Origin: Chloroflexota bacterium
GTDB lineage: Bacteria > Chloroflexota > Dehalococcoidia > Lucifugimonadales > JADFKI01
Assembly (NCBI GenBank): GCA_027623195.1
Contig: JAQBUT010000004.1
Span: 81,609 to 145,608, forward strand
DNA: 64,000 nucleotides
Direction: 5' to 3'
Part shown: in pieces, positions 18,483 to 26,792 of the stretch
How positions within the stretch are numbered: the stretch's first letter is position 1
How the letters are laid out: every line of letters begins with the position of its first letter
Position numbers and translations under genes: made by a program
Notes under the pieces: generated by a model
What the model was told of the DNA's origin: nothing
The model's input: the letters and a program-made list of their open reading frames with translations, nothing else
Database searches by the model: none

Positions 18483-19877
18483 ATGACAGAATTGCACTAC
18501 CTGACAATACCACAGGCGGGAAAGCTACTAAAGTCCGGCGAGCTATCGCCTGTGGAGTTGACCAGGGCCTTCTTGGAGCGCATCGACGCACTGGACTCCA
18601 AGTTAGAGGCCTACATCACGGTCATGTACGACAGCGCCATGGTGGAGGCCCGTAACGCCGAGGCAGAAATCCTGCGCGGGGAGTACCGAGGCCCGCTGCA
18701 TGGGATTCCTATCGCGCTGAAGGATCTTTACGACACCAAGGGCGTGCGTACAACTGCCAGTTCCAAAGTCATGGCCGACCGTGTGCCCACGGAAGACGCC
18801 ACCACCACGGCGAAGCTTAGTCAAGCGGGCGCTGTGTTACTGGGCAAGCTGGCCATGCACGAGTTCGCGCTTGGCGGGCCCGATCCTACAAACGGGTTCC
18901 CACTGGCCAAGAATCCCTGGAACCTGGACCACATTCCGGGCGGCTCCAGCAGCGGTTCGGGAACGGCTATTGCAGCGGGGCTGGCCATGGGTACGCTAGG
19001 CTCATGCACTGGAGGCTCCATACGAGGCCCGGCAGCATACTGCGGCATTGCGGGTATCAAGGCGACCTACGGCAGAGTGAGCCGTTACGGTGTCGTGCCG
19101 TTGAGTTGGAGCCTCGACCACTGCGGCCCATTGACGTGGACTGTGGAGGACTCAGCCATCATGCTGCAGGCCATCGCCGGTCACGACCCCAAAGACCCGA
19201 CCTCCAGCCGTGCGCCGGTGCCTGACTACACGGCATCGTTGCGGGAGGACGTGAAGGGCCTGCGAATCGGCGTACCCCGGCATTTCTTCTTTGCCGAAGA
19301 CGACCGGATTAATAGCGAGGTAAAGACCGTCGCCGACGCGGCCATCCGCACCTTCGAGGCCATGGGGGCCACTATCGTAGATGTCTCAGCCCCTATGTTG
19401 GATCACGCAGGAGCCGCGCAACCAGTCATTATGCTAAGCGAGGCATTCGCATACCACCGTAACAACCTTATCAACAAGCCCGAGCTATTCGGCGACATGG
19501 TGCGGGCGCGTTTCCGTACAGGCGGTCTTTTCTCCTCAGCTGATTACGTGCAGGCGCAGCGAGTACGCAACGTTCTTAAGCGTGAGTTTGCAGAGATCCT
19601 GCAGGGTGTGGATGTAGTGATGTCGCCTACTATGTCCACCACAGCCCCAGCGTTCGAAGGTATCGACGCCATGACCACGTCACGTTCGCCTAGCTTCACG
19701 GGGCCTTACAACCTGACGGGCATGCCGGCCATTTCGGTGCCATGCGGCTTTACGTCGGCTGGACTGCCCGTCGGCCTGCAAATCGCAGGCAAGCCCTTCG
19801 ACGAGCCAACGGTGTTTCGGGCCGCCTACACCTACCAGCAGCAGGCCAAGTTCTACGAAACGCGGCCGGTGGTGTAA
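18483..19877 (+). CDS. amidase-signature family enzyme (GatA/AtzE-like)
   Basis: It has the GGSSSGSG signature and the catalytic Lys context (IALKDLYDTKG). Length is 464 aa. Confidence 0.85.
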   Translation: MTELHYLTIPQAGKLLKSGELSPVELTRAFLERIDALDSKLEAYITVMYDSAMVEARNAEAEILRGEYRGPLHGIPIALKDLYDTKGVRTTASSKVMADRVPTEDATTTAKLSQAGAVLLGKLAMHEFALGGPDPTNGFPLAKNPWNLDHIPGGSSSGSGTAIAAGLAMGTLGSCTGGSIRGPAAYCGIAGIKATYGRVSRYGVVPLSWSLDHCGPLTWTVEDSAIMLQAIAGHDPKDPTSSRAPVPDYTASLREDVKGLRIGVPRHFFFAEDDRINSEVKTVADAAIRTFEAMGATIVDVSAPMLDHAGAAQPVIMLSEAFAYHRNNLINKPELFGDMVRARFRTGGLFSSADYVQAQRVRNVLKREFAEILQGVDVVMSPTMSTTAPAFEGIDAMTTSRSPSFTGPYNLTGMPAISVPCGFTSAGLPVGLQIAGKPFDEPTVFRAAYTYQQQAKFYETRPVV

Positions 19878-19937
19878 GCGCTTACCTCTGCTGTTGTGGT
19901 ATGGGTTCGCGCCGAGCAGGCTCTTTGCCAGGAATTA

Positions 19938-20671
19938 TTACTGGCCGCGCCTCAACGTCATGGTGGCTAGGGATATGAAAATAGCGCCAAACACGCCCAG
20001 CGCGGCGATATCTACCATGACGTCACCGAGGCCGTCGCCCTTAAGCATGATGTTCTGAATTCCATCAACTGCGTAGGTCAGTGGCAACATCTGCGCAAAG
20101 ACTTCAAGAGGTGTAGGCATCTGTCGGACGGGAACTATAACGCCCAGTAAGAATATCTGTGGAATGATAATGATAGGTATGAATTGCATCACCTGGAATT
20201 CATTTCGCGTAAAGGTGGATATGAATATGCCCAGGCTTACTCCCACAATTGAGAGCATGAACAGGAACACAATGACTTCCGCCAGGTTTCCTCGATAACC
20301 TATCTGCAATATGAAAATGGAAAAAAGTAATTCCAAAATAGATTGAATCGCGGCGAATAACAGGAAGCCCAACATATAGCCAACCATGATATCCCCACGT
20401 CCAACAGGCGTTGTTACAGTCGCTCCAGCGTGCCCTGCGCACGCTCCCGGAGAAAGGTAACTCCCGTAAGCAAGAAGGAAAAGAACAGTACGAAGACGGC
20501 CAGTAATGCGGGGGTTATGTGGTTCAAAACGGCCCTGTGACTACTTAGCCCAAATCCCACAAGAGCCATGACAATAATCGGAGCAATTAGTATCAGGGCG
20601 AGTGAGCGGCGGTCCTTGAGGATCTGGTGAACCAGAGGCTTGGCAATTGCCAGCGTGCTAAGAGGATCCAA
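19938..20671 (-). pseudogene. ABC-2 type transporter permease interrupted by a 1-nt frameshift
   Basis: The N-terminal ORF (20671-20414) ends ...RERAQGTLERL-TAA. Another frame continues VTTPVGRGDIMVGYMLGF... into ORF 20387-19938. Together they give a typical ~243-aa ABC-2 permease. Confidence 0.7.
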
Positions 20672-21413
20672 TCGACTTGCTCTCCCTCACAAAATACAGG
20701 AACACTTCCTCCAGCGACGCGTTTGGGTTGCCTGTGGCCGCCTTTAGCCCGGATGGACTGCCATCGGCAACTATATGTCCTTCTTGTAGGAATACAAGCC
20801 GGTCGCAATGGGCAGCATCATCCATGGTGTGGCTGGAAAGCACGAGTGTTGAGCCCTGGTCGGCGAGTTCTCGAAAATGCTGCCAGAACGAGGCTCTAAG
20901 CTCAGGGTCGAGACCCACCGTTGGTTCGTCCAGCATAAGAAGAGAAGGACTGTGTACGAGTGCAATAGCAAGGCTTACACGCTGCCTCATGCCCCCGCTA
21001 AGGCTCAGCACAGAATCCCGACGACGTTCCGTGAGTCCAACGGTTGCGATAGTGCGTTCCACGGCCTGTTGCCTGGCGCGTTTGTCGAACGAACCGTACA
21101 TGCTTGCAAAAAAGTCGACGTTTTCCTGGACGGAAAGCTCTTGGTACACGGCGCTAAGCTGAGGCATGTAACCGATACGTTCGGCGAATTTAGTTGACGG
21201 CCTCTCGCCAAACACTTGAACAGAGCCCGAATTCGGCTTCAGCAAACCCACAATCAATTTCAGGAGCGTGGTCTTTCCTGAACCATTGGCCTCCAAGAGC
21301 CCGAATATCTGACCAGTGGGTATTTCGATTGACAGGTGGTTTAGAACCAGACGCTTTCCATAGCTGAAAATCACATCGTTGACACTGATCGCAGGGCCTT
21401 GATGGATACTCAA
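20658..21413 (-). CDS. ABC transporter ATP-binding protein
   Basis: Walker A (GLLEANGSGKTT), the signature motif (LSGGMRQR) and Walker B (LLMLDEP) are all present. Confidence 0.9.
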   Translation of the reverse strand: MSIHQGPAISVNDVIFSYGKRLVLNHLSIEIPTGQIFGLLEANGSGKTTLLKLIVGLLKPNSGSVQVFGERPSTKFAERIGYMPQLSAVYQELSVQENVDFFASMYGSFDKRARQQAVERTIATVGLTERRRDSVLSLSGGMRQRVSLAIALVHSPSLLMLDEPTVGLDPELRASFWQHFRELADQGSTLVLSSHTMDDAAHCDRLVFLQEGHIVADGSPSGLKAATGNPNASLEEVFLYFVRESKSIGSS

Positions 21414-21457
21414 CTTTTCATATCCTTCTCGAGGGATTCGTCAGAGGCGAACGTCAT

Positions 21458-21826
21458 TTACGAGGCTTTCTCAGGCTGCTGTAGCAGTTGCAACGTATTG
21501 CCGTCGGGGTCAAGTAATGTGGCGACCCATCCGCCCCAATGCTCCTGCTCAGGTGGGCGCACGAACTCCACGCCCTTGGCTGAAAGAGTCTTGTAGGCGT
21601 TCTGGATATCCTCAGTGCCCAGATTAATCATCACCCGCTCCGGCTCCACGGTCCTGCCGCTCACATGCTCGTGAGTGCCTATGCTGAACCTCACCTCGCC
21701 CAACTGGAAGGCAACGAAGTAGGGGCGCACTGAGTGCACGGGAAAGCTCATCGTGTCTCTGTAGAACTCCGTCATCTCGTCCAACCTGTCCGTCCAGATG
21801 ATGACGCCGACAACTCCATCTATCAT
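21458..21826 (-). CDS. VOC (glyoxalase/bleomycin resistance/dioxygenase) family protein
   Basis: The 122-aa product has the typical VOC fold sequence pattern. Confidence 0.7.
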   Translation of the reverse strand: MIDGVVGVIIWTDRLDEMTEFYRDTMSFPVHSVRPYFVAFQLGEVRFSIGTHEHVSGRTVEPERVMINLGTEDIQNAYKTLSAKGVEFVRPPEQEHWGGWVATLLDPDGNTLQLLQQPEKAS

Positions 21827-21994
21827 ATCGATTTCCTTTGCTTATTCATGAATACGATGGTTAGTCCAAACATCATGTTATTTGCCAATAGCCGGTCGGT
21901 CAATCCGGCGGTCAGCGGGGGCGGATCAACCAAGAAACACACAAATTCAACTCATAGGTTATTTCCAAATACCGGATTTGCAGTTATAATGGCA

Positions 21995-22157
21995 CTTGGA
22001 GACATGGATGTTGATGATGACAGTTTTTGGTTGGGTCTCTAGAAAGGAGGATGTTACATTGGATAGACGTACGGGGGGGTGCCCCAGGTAGGTGTTCCCT
22101 TGGGCACCTTCTTAACGTAAAGGCCCGTTCGCTCAGTCGGACGGGCCTTTACTTTTG
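21995..22157 (+). ncRNA. candidate small RNA or leader: orphan promoter, internal hairpin and terminator
   Basis: TTCCAA (21963-21968), a 16-nt spacer and TATAAT (21985-21990) precede a GGTGCCC/GGGCACC hairpin (22078-22108). A terminator with a 10-bp stem (22119-22150) and T-run follows. No ORF of 60 aa or more lies on this strand. Confidence 0.3.
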
Positions 22158-22284
22158 TCTGGATTACGGGCAGGCCACGCTTGAAACAAGGGGCTTAGGC
22201 CTGCCAGAGGAGATCAAATCCAGTGAACGATTGGCACGGAAGCCATCCATTTTGGGAAACTTCAGTCGTATAGGCCGGTTGAAA

Positions 22285-22659
22285 TTAATCCGGCAGCTTG
22301 GTTGACTGCCAGGCCACCATCTGCCAACCGTCGTTCCTCTGCACCCAGACGTCGGTGAATCGCACGCCGAAGTCCAGCTTCTGGCCACGCGTGGAGACCT
22401 TGAACCGTGCTGTGCCTGTTACCACTCCTGACGAACCGTAAACCCTAGCTTCCACATCCGCCGGGGTAATAGAGTCGAAGGTAGTGGCACCAACCTCCAT
22501 GCCCCCTATCAGGCTCTGCTTGGTGTCTACCCTGGCTGACGAATGAAAGTAGCTGAGCTCATCAGCGAGTAGGGCATTCAGCGTAGTCACGTCCCCACCA
22601 ACCATGGCATTCATACGACTTGCGTCAAGATCAATTAATGTCTGCTCTGTTCCTGGCAT
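22285..22659 (-). CDS. SnoaL-like / NTF2-fold protein (DUF4440-like)
   Basis: The 124-aa product has the sequence pattern of NTF2-like small proteins. Confidence 0.6.
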   Translation of the reverse strand: MPGTEQTLIDLDASRMNAMVGGDVTTLNALLADELSYFHSSARVDTKQSLIGGMEVGATTFDSITPADVEARVYGSSGVVTGTARFKVSTRGQKLDFGVRFTDVWVQRNDGWQMVAWQSTKLPD

Positions 22660-22748
22660 TCTACATTTCCCCTTCCGATAATATTTTCCCCCATTCGGTC
22701 TCCGATCACTGGCCTACCGTTAACGCATGGGTCTAAAATCTCTATTGT

Positions 22749-23702
22749 CTATTTCTTACCCTCGAAGAAGCGACGAGGGTTATCCACCATTATCTTGTTA
22801 ATGTCTTCTGGCGACGCGCCCAACTCCTGGAGCCTGGGCAAGACGTTACGGGTGATGAACAGGTAGCTGTCGGGATTATTTGCGTCCCGGACGGCCCTGG
22901 CCTCGCGATGAGCAGGTATGCTGGCTACGGACCAGTCGTGGCCAAGCATGATCCGGTCCACGAAACCTGCCTCGATGAGCTTGTAAGTAGTCTCGGTACG
23001 CGCCTCCCAATTGGGAAGCTCCGGCCGAGAGCCTGGGTTCCGGTCCAAGCCTATCCAAACGCCCTTCTCCAGCAGGCCGGTAAGGTAGCCCAAATCCGTC
23101 GTGTCGTTGCTATGGCCCACGTAGACCCGATTAAGATCTACACCCTCGTCTTCGAATATACGGACCTGCTGCTCCCCCACCCGTTCAGGGGCCCACGTAT
23201 GCGATGATATAGGCACTCCCGTGGCCTTTTGTGCTCGCGCGGCCGCCCGGAGAATAATCTCCCCCTCGTTGGTCACGCCGCCCATGTCGTTGGCCACCTT
23301 AATGATGCTGGCCCTGATGCCGGTTCCTTCGATGCCCTCTTCGATTTCCCTGATGAACAGCGGCGCTATGGCATCTGGAGAGGCGGTCCAGAAAACTCGG
23401 GGAATGTCCCGCCAGACGCCGGTGGCACAGATGATATTGACGCCCGTCTCTCTGGAGACCTGTTCCAGCATACGAATATCCCGACCAAGGTCTATAGTGG
23501 TAACGTCGATTATGGTGCGAAGGCCTTCGTTATAGGCCTCCGTAAGGTCGTGAATGGCCCGCGCTATCGTGCCATCACGGTCTATGAATTCCGGATATAG
23601 CTGCTGGATGCTCGCCGATGAGGTGATTACATGCTCGTGGGACAGGGTGAATCCCATGTCGGCGGTGTCCATTGGCCCCAAAACAGAATTAATCGTGGCC
23701 AT
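22749..23702 (-). CDS. phosphotriesterase-related (PTE/PHP family) amidohydrolase, likely lactonase
   Basis: The N-terminal GFTLSHEHV metal-binding motif is present, and length (317 aa) fits the family. Confidence 0.8.
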   Translation of the reverse strand: MATINSVLGPMDTADMGFTLSHEHVITSSASIQQLYPEFIDRDGTIARAIHDLTEAYNEGLRTIIDVTTIDLGRDIRMLEQVSRETGVNIICATGVWRDIPRVFWTASPDAIAPLFIREIEEGIEGTGIRASIIKVANDMGGVTNEGEIILRAAARAQKATGVPISSHTWAPERVGEQQVRIFEDEGVDLNRVYVGHSNDTTDLGYLTGLLEKGVWIGLDRNPGSRPELPNWEARTETTYKLIEAGFVDRIMLGHDWSVASIPAHREARAVRDANNPDSYLFITRNVLPRLQELGASPEDINKIMVDNPRRFFEGKK

Positions 23703-23705
23703 GAA

Positions 23706-24488
23706 TTATGCCTCCAGAACTACGGGGTTGCTGAGCACGCCGATGCCGTCAATATCCACCTCACAGGTGTCCCCTGGCTTCATGTTTTGCGTGGCTCCGT
23801 CGGTGCCCATCCAGACCATGTCGCCAGGAACAAGCGTGATGTGCTGGGTCATTACGCTGAGGTAGTGCGCAACGCCAAAGATCATATTGTTAGTGGGGAA
23901 GTCCGAAACGACTTCGCCGTTAACGCGAACCTGAGTTCGTAGCTTATCAAGCTCCACATCCGTTTCAATCCACGGCCCCATAGGCTTAAAGGTATCGGAA
24001 TTCTTGGAGCGCCACATTGTCCGGTCAGCGGACTGCCAGTCGCGTTCGCTCACATCGTTGCCTATGGTGTAGCCCAGAACACAGGACAGCGCGTTGGCCT
24101 CGGTCAGATGCTTAGCCTGCTTGCCAATGACAACTACCAGTTCGCCCTCGTATTGGAAACGCTCCCCAGCGTCTTTGGGCTTCACGATAGCTTCGTTATG
24201 TGCAATCAGTGCATTGTTGGCGCGATAGCCAATGTCTGCCTTGTCCGGTAGGTCCGGCTCCCGCCCAAGTAGCTTGGCAGCCTCTCGCACGTGCTCTTCG
24301 TAGTTAATGCCCGCCGCGTAAAAGGTCTTGGGCTCAAAGGGAATTAGCAGTTTTACTGAATCCAGGGACCGGGTGGTGCCAGTCTCGCTGTAGCTCTCAA
24401 ATGGGCTGCCCGTAACCTCGCTAATCTGCTCGCCGTTTAGTATGCCAAACGACGTATTTCCGTCTGCCTCGTAACGTACCCAACGCAT
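23706..24488 (-). CDS. fumarylacetoacetate hydrolase (FAH) family protein
   Basis: The product is 260 aa with FAH-family motifs (YEGELVVVIGK, GDMVWMGT). Confidence 0.8.
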   Translation of the reverse strand: MRWVRYEADGNTSFGILNGEQISEVTGSPFESYSETGTTRSLDSVKLLIPFEPKTFYAAGINYEEHVREAAKLLGREPDLPDKADIGYRANNALIAHNEAIVKPKDAGERFQYEGELVVVIGKQAKHLTEANALSCVLGYTIGNDVSERDWQSADRTMWRSKNSDTFKPMGPWIETDVELDKLRTQVRVNGEVVSDFPTNNMIFGVAHYLSVMTQHITLVPGDMVWMGTDGATQNMKPGDTCEVDIDGIGVLSNPVVLEA

Positions 24489-24566
24489 TTTTCACCCCTC
24501 CTTCAATCTCTTATTCAAATCTTGATATCAATCGGCTATTTTTTCGATCTACTGAAGACGTGGTGC

Positions 24567-25679
24567 CTATCGCTCCGCGTTCATCAGCTCCTTTGCTATG
24601 GGCAAGACATCCGATGCCACCCTGCTGCACTCCTCGACGTGGGGGTAGCCGGAAAGGATGAACTCATCGATGCCCAGCCGCCAGTAGCCCAGTAACTCCT
24701 CCGCCACCTGCTGAGGCGAGCCCACTATTGCCGTGCCACAGTTGACCCGCACCGTAGAAATTCCGTTCCACAGGTGGGCTCCGACCCTGTGTTCCTCGAC
24801 AACCTGGGCCTGCGCTCTCTGCCCCACCATAGCCGTGCCTGCGAACACGGCCTGTCTTTGTCCTTTCACCACCGTTTCTGCTCTGGACAGCAGATCCCCG
24901 GCAGCGTCCCAAGCCTGGCTCTCAGTGTTGCGAACGATGATGTGGGTGCGAAGACCATGAACTCCCTGTCGGCCCGCCGCCTGGAACTGCTCGTTGGCCC
25001 TGCGGATATGCGTCTCGATGCCTTCTAGCGGCATGATCCAGGCCAGATATGTGTCAGACTGCCTTCCCGCCAAACCCAACGCCGCATCGGACGCCCCTCC
25101 AAGGTAGAACTTCGGGCCATCGCCTACTGGACCTGGCGAGCAGATAGCGCCGTTCAGCCGGATGTGCTCCCCCTGGTAGTCCACAGGCTCAGGAGAACCA
25201 GCCCACAGTTTCCGGCAGGCCTCAATGAACTCCTCAGCTCTGGCGTAGCGGTGCGCGTGGTCCGAGACCTCTCCCATACGTTCGAAGTCGCCCTGGATGC
25301 CGCCGGGGACAACGTTGAGGTCGATGCGGCCTTCGCTGATGTTGTCCAGCGCTGCAGCCATCTGCGCGAAAAGGCCTGTAGATATGAAGCCGGGCCTGAC
25401 AGCCACAAGAAAGCGTATGCGTTTGGTGACTGCTGCCAGCGCGGTCACGGTGGTCCAAGTCTCTGCCAGCGGCTCCCGCTCCTCGAACAGGCCATTGGCG
25501 AAGCGGGTAGGAATTAGCAGCGAGTAGTAGCCCTCGTCCTCAGCCGTTTGCACCACCTGTTTGAGGTATTCAAAGGTCGGAGGACGCTCAGCCTTTAACG
25601 TGCCTATGTGCTCGCCATCGCCGTCAATAGGCACGAACCAGCTAAATCTAGGCTCAGGTCTGTTATTCGATAATGTCAT
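24567..25679 (-). CDS. LLM-class flavin-dependent oxidoreductase (SsuD-like monooxygenase family)
   Basis: The 370-aa product has the luciferase-like monooxygenase pattern. Confidence 0.75.
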   Translation of the reverse strand: MTLSNNRPEPRFSWFVPIDGDGEHIGTLKAERPPTFEYLKQVVQTAEDEGYYSLLIPTRFANGLFEEREPLAETWTTVTALAAVTKRIRFLVAVRPGFISTGLFAQMAAALDNISEGRIDLNVVPGGIQGDFERMGEVSDHAHRYARAEEFIEACRKLWAGSPEPVDYQGEHIRLNGAICSPGPVGDGPKFYLGGASDAALGLAGRQSDTYLAWIMPLEGIETHIRRANEQFQAAGRQGVHGLRTHIIVRNTESQAWDAAGDLLSRAETVVKGQRQAVFAGTAMVGQRAQAQVVEEHRVGAHLWNGISTVRVNCGTAIVGSPQQVAEELLGYWRLGIDEFILSGYPHVEECSRVASDVLPIAKELMNAER

Positions 25680-25703
25680 GAACAGGCATAGCCTCCGTTT
25701 TGG

Positions 25704-26735
25704 TTACTTCTTTAATTCACTGAGGCCAAACGCCTCGGCCACCAGTTCATACGAGCGCACCCTGTCCTCGAAGGCGTAGCAGATTGTCACGATGCCAACG
25801 TCGTCGGTCTTGTACAACTCCGCTACTGCTTCAATCTTCTCCCTTACCTGTTGGGGGTCGCCGTCGATGTAATGCTCGCGTAGCTGGTTGATGTAGGCCA
25901 GTTCGTCGGGCCGGAACTGGTATGCCAGCGCCTCATCGATTGGCGGAACAGCCTCCCTCGTGCCCTGCACGGACTTCACCCTTGCAACGTTCCTACTAGA
26001 AGCAATTCGCTGCGCCTCTTCCTCTGTCTCGGCGCACAAGACTTGGAGGCCAACGTTTACCTTGGGCTCGGACAGGTACTTGGAAGGCTTGAACTGCGAT
26101 CGGTACATGTCGGCTATGAGAGGCCCTTGTTCCACGGCCATACCGAAAAAATGGGCAAAACTAAAGGGGAGGCCCATTTCTGCCGCCATGGACGCGCTAT
26201 CCGCTCTGGAGCCCAGCAGCCATACATCCGGAGCGGTGAACTCACCCGGCCCGGCATGCACGGATGCGAAGGGATGTTCCGGGTCCACACTGTTATTGAG
26301 AAAGCCTACGAGGTCCCGAACCTGGTCAGGGTAGTAACGTACGTCGATACGCTGGCGCGGGTGGGACAGCACTGCCGCAGTTAGCTGGTCGCTTCCCGGC
26401 GCCCTTCCCAGTCCCAGGTCGATTCTACCGGGGAAGAACGTCTCCAGCATGCGAAAGGTCTCCGCTACCTTGAAGGGGCTGTAGTGCGATAACATCACGC
26501 CGCCGCTGCCCACGCGTATCGTGGATGTGGCAGCCGCGATCTGGCCTATAAGCACCTCGGGGGCAGTCCCTGCAAAATTGGCAACGTTGTGGTGCTCGGC
26601 GACCCAGTAGCGATGGTACCCCAAGCGCTCTGCCGCCTTGGCCAACTCTACCGTTTCCAGAACGGCGTCTCGGGCAGTGCCGCCCTGGCGCACAGGCGAC
26701 TGATCCACAACACTAAGCTTCAGGTTTGTCTTCAC
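25704..26735 (-). CDS. LLM-class flavin-dependent oxidoreductase (luciferase-like)
   Basis: The 343-aa product has the YHRYWVAEHH motif typical of this class. Confidence 0.8.
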   Translation of the reverse strand: MKTNLKLSVVDQSPVRQGGTARDAVLETVELAKAAERLGYHRYWVAEHHNVANFAGTAPEVLIGQIAAATSTIRVGSGGVMLSHYSPFKVAETFRMLETFFPGRIDLGLGRAPGSDQLTAAVLSHPRQRIDVRYYPDQVRDLVGFLNNSVDPEHPFASVHAGPGEFTAPDVWLLGSRADSASMAAEMGLPFSFAHFFGMAVEQGPLIADMYRSQFKPSKYLSEPKVNVGLQVLCAETEEEAQRIASSRNVARVKSVQGTREAVPPIDEALAYQFRPDELAYINQLREHYIDGDPQQVREKIEAVAELYKTDDVGIVTICYAFEDRVRSYELVAEAFGLSELKK

Positions 26736-26792
26736 ACATATCCTTTGTTTTGAATGTCAGGCAATTTCATTAACAACACACGCACGCGCAAA

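Noticed and set aside
20414-20416. The stop codon splitting the ABC-2 permease, considered as a recoding site.
   Set aside because: The stop is TAA, and the continuation lies in another frame. This is a plain 1-nt indel and not read-through.
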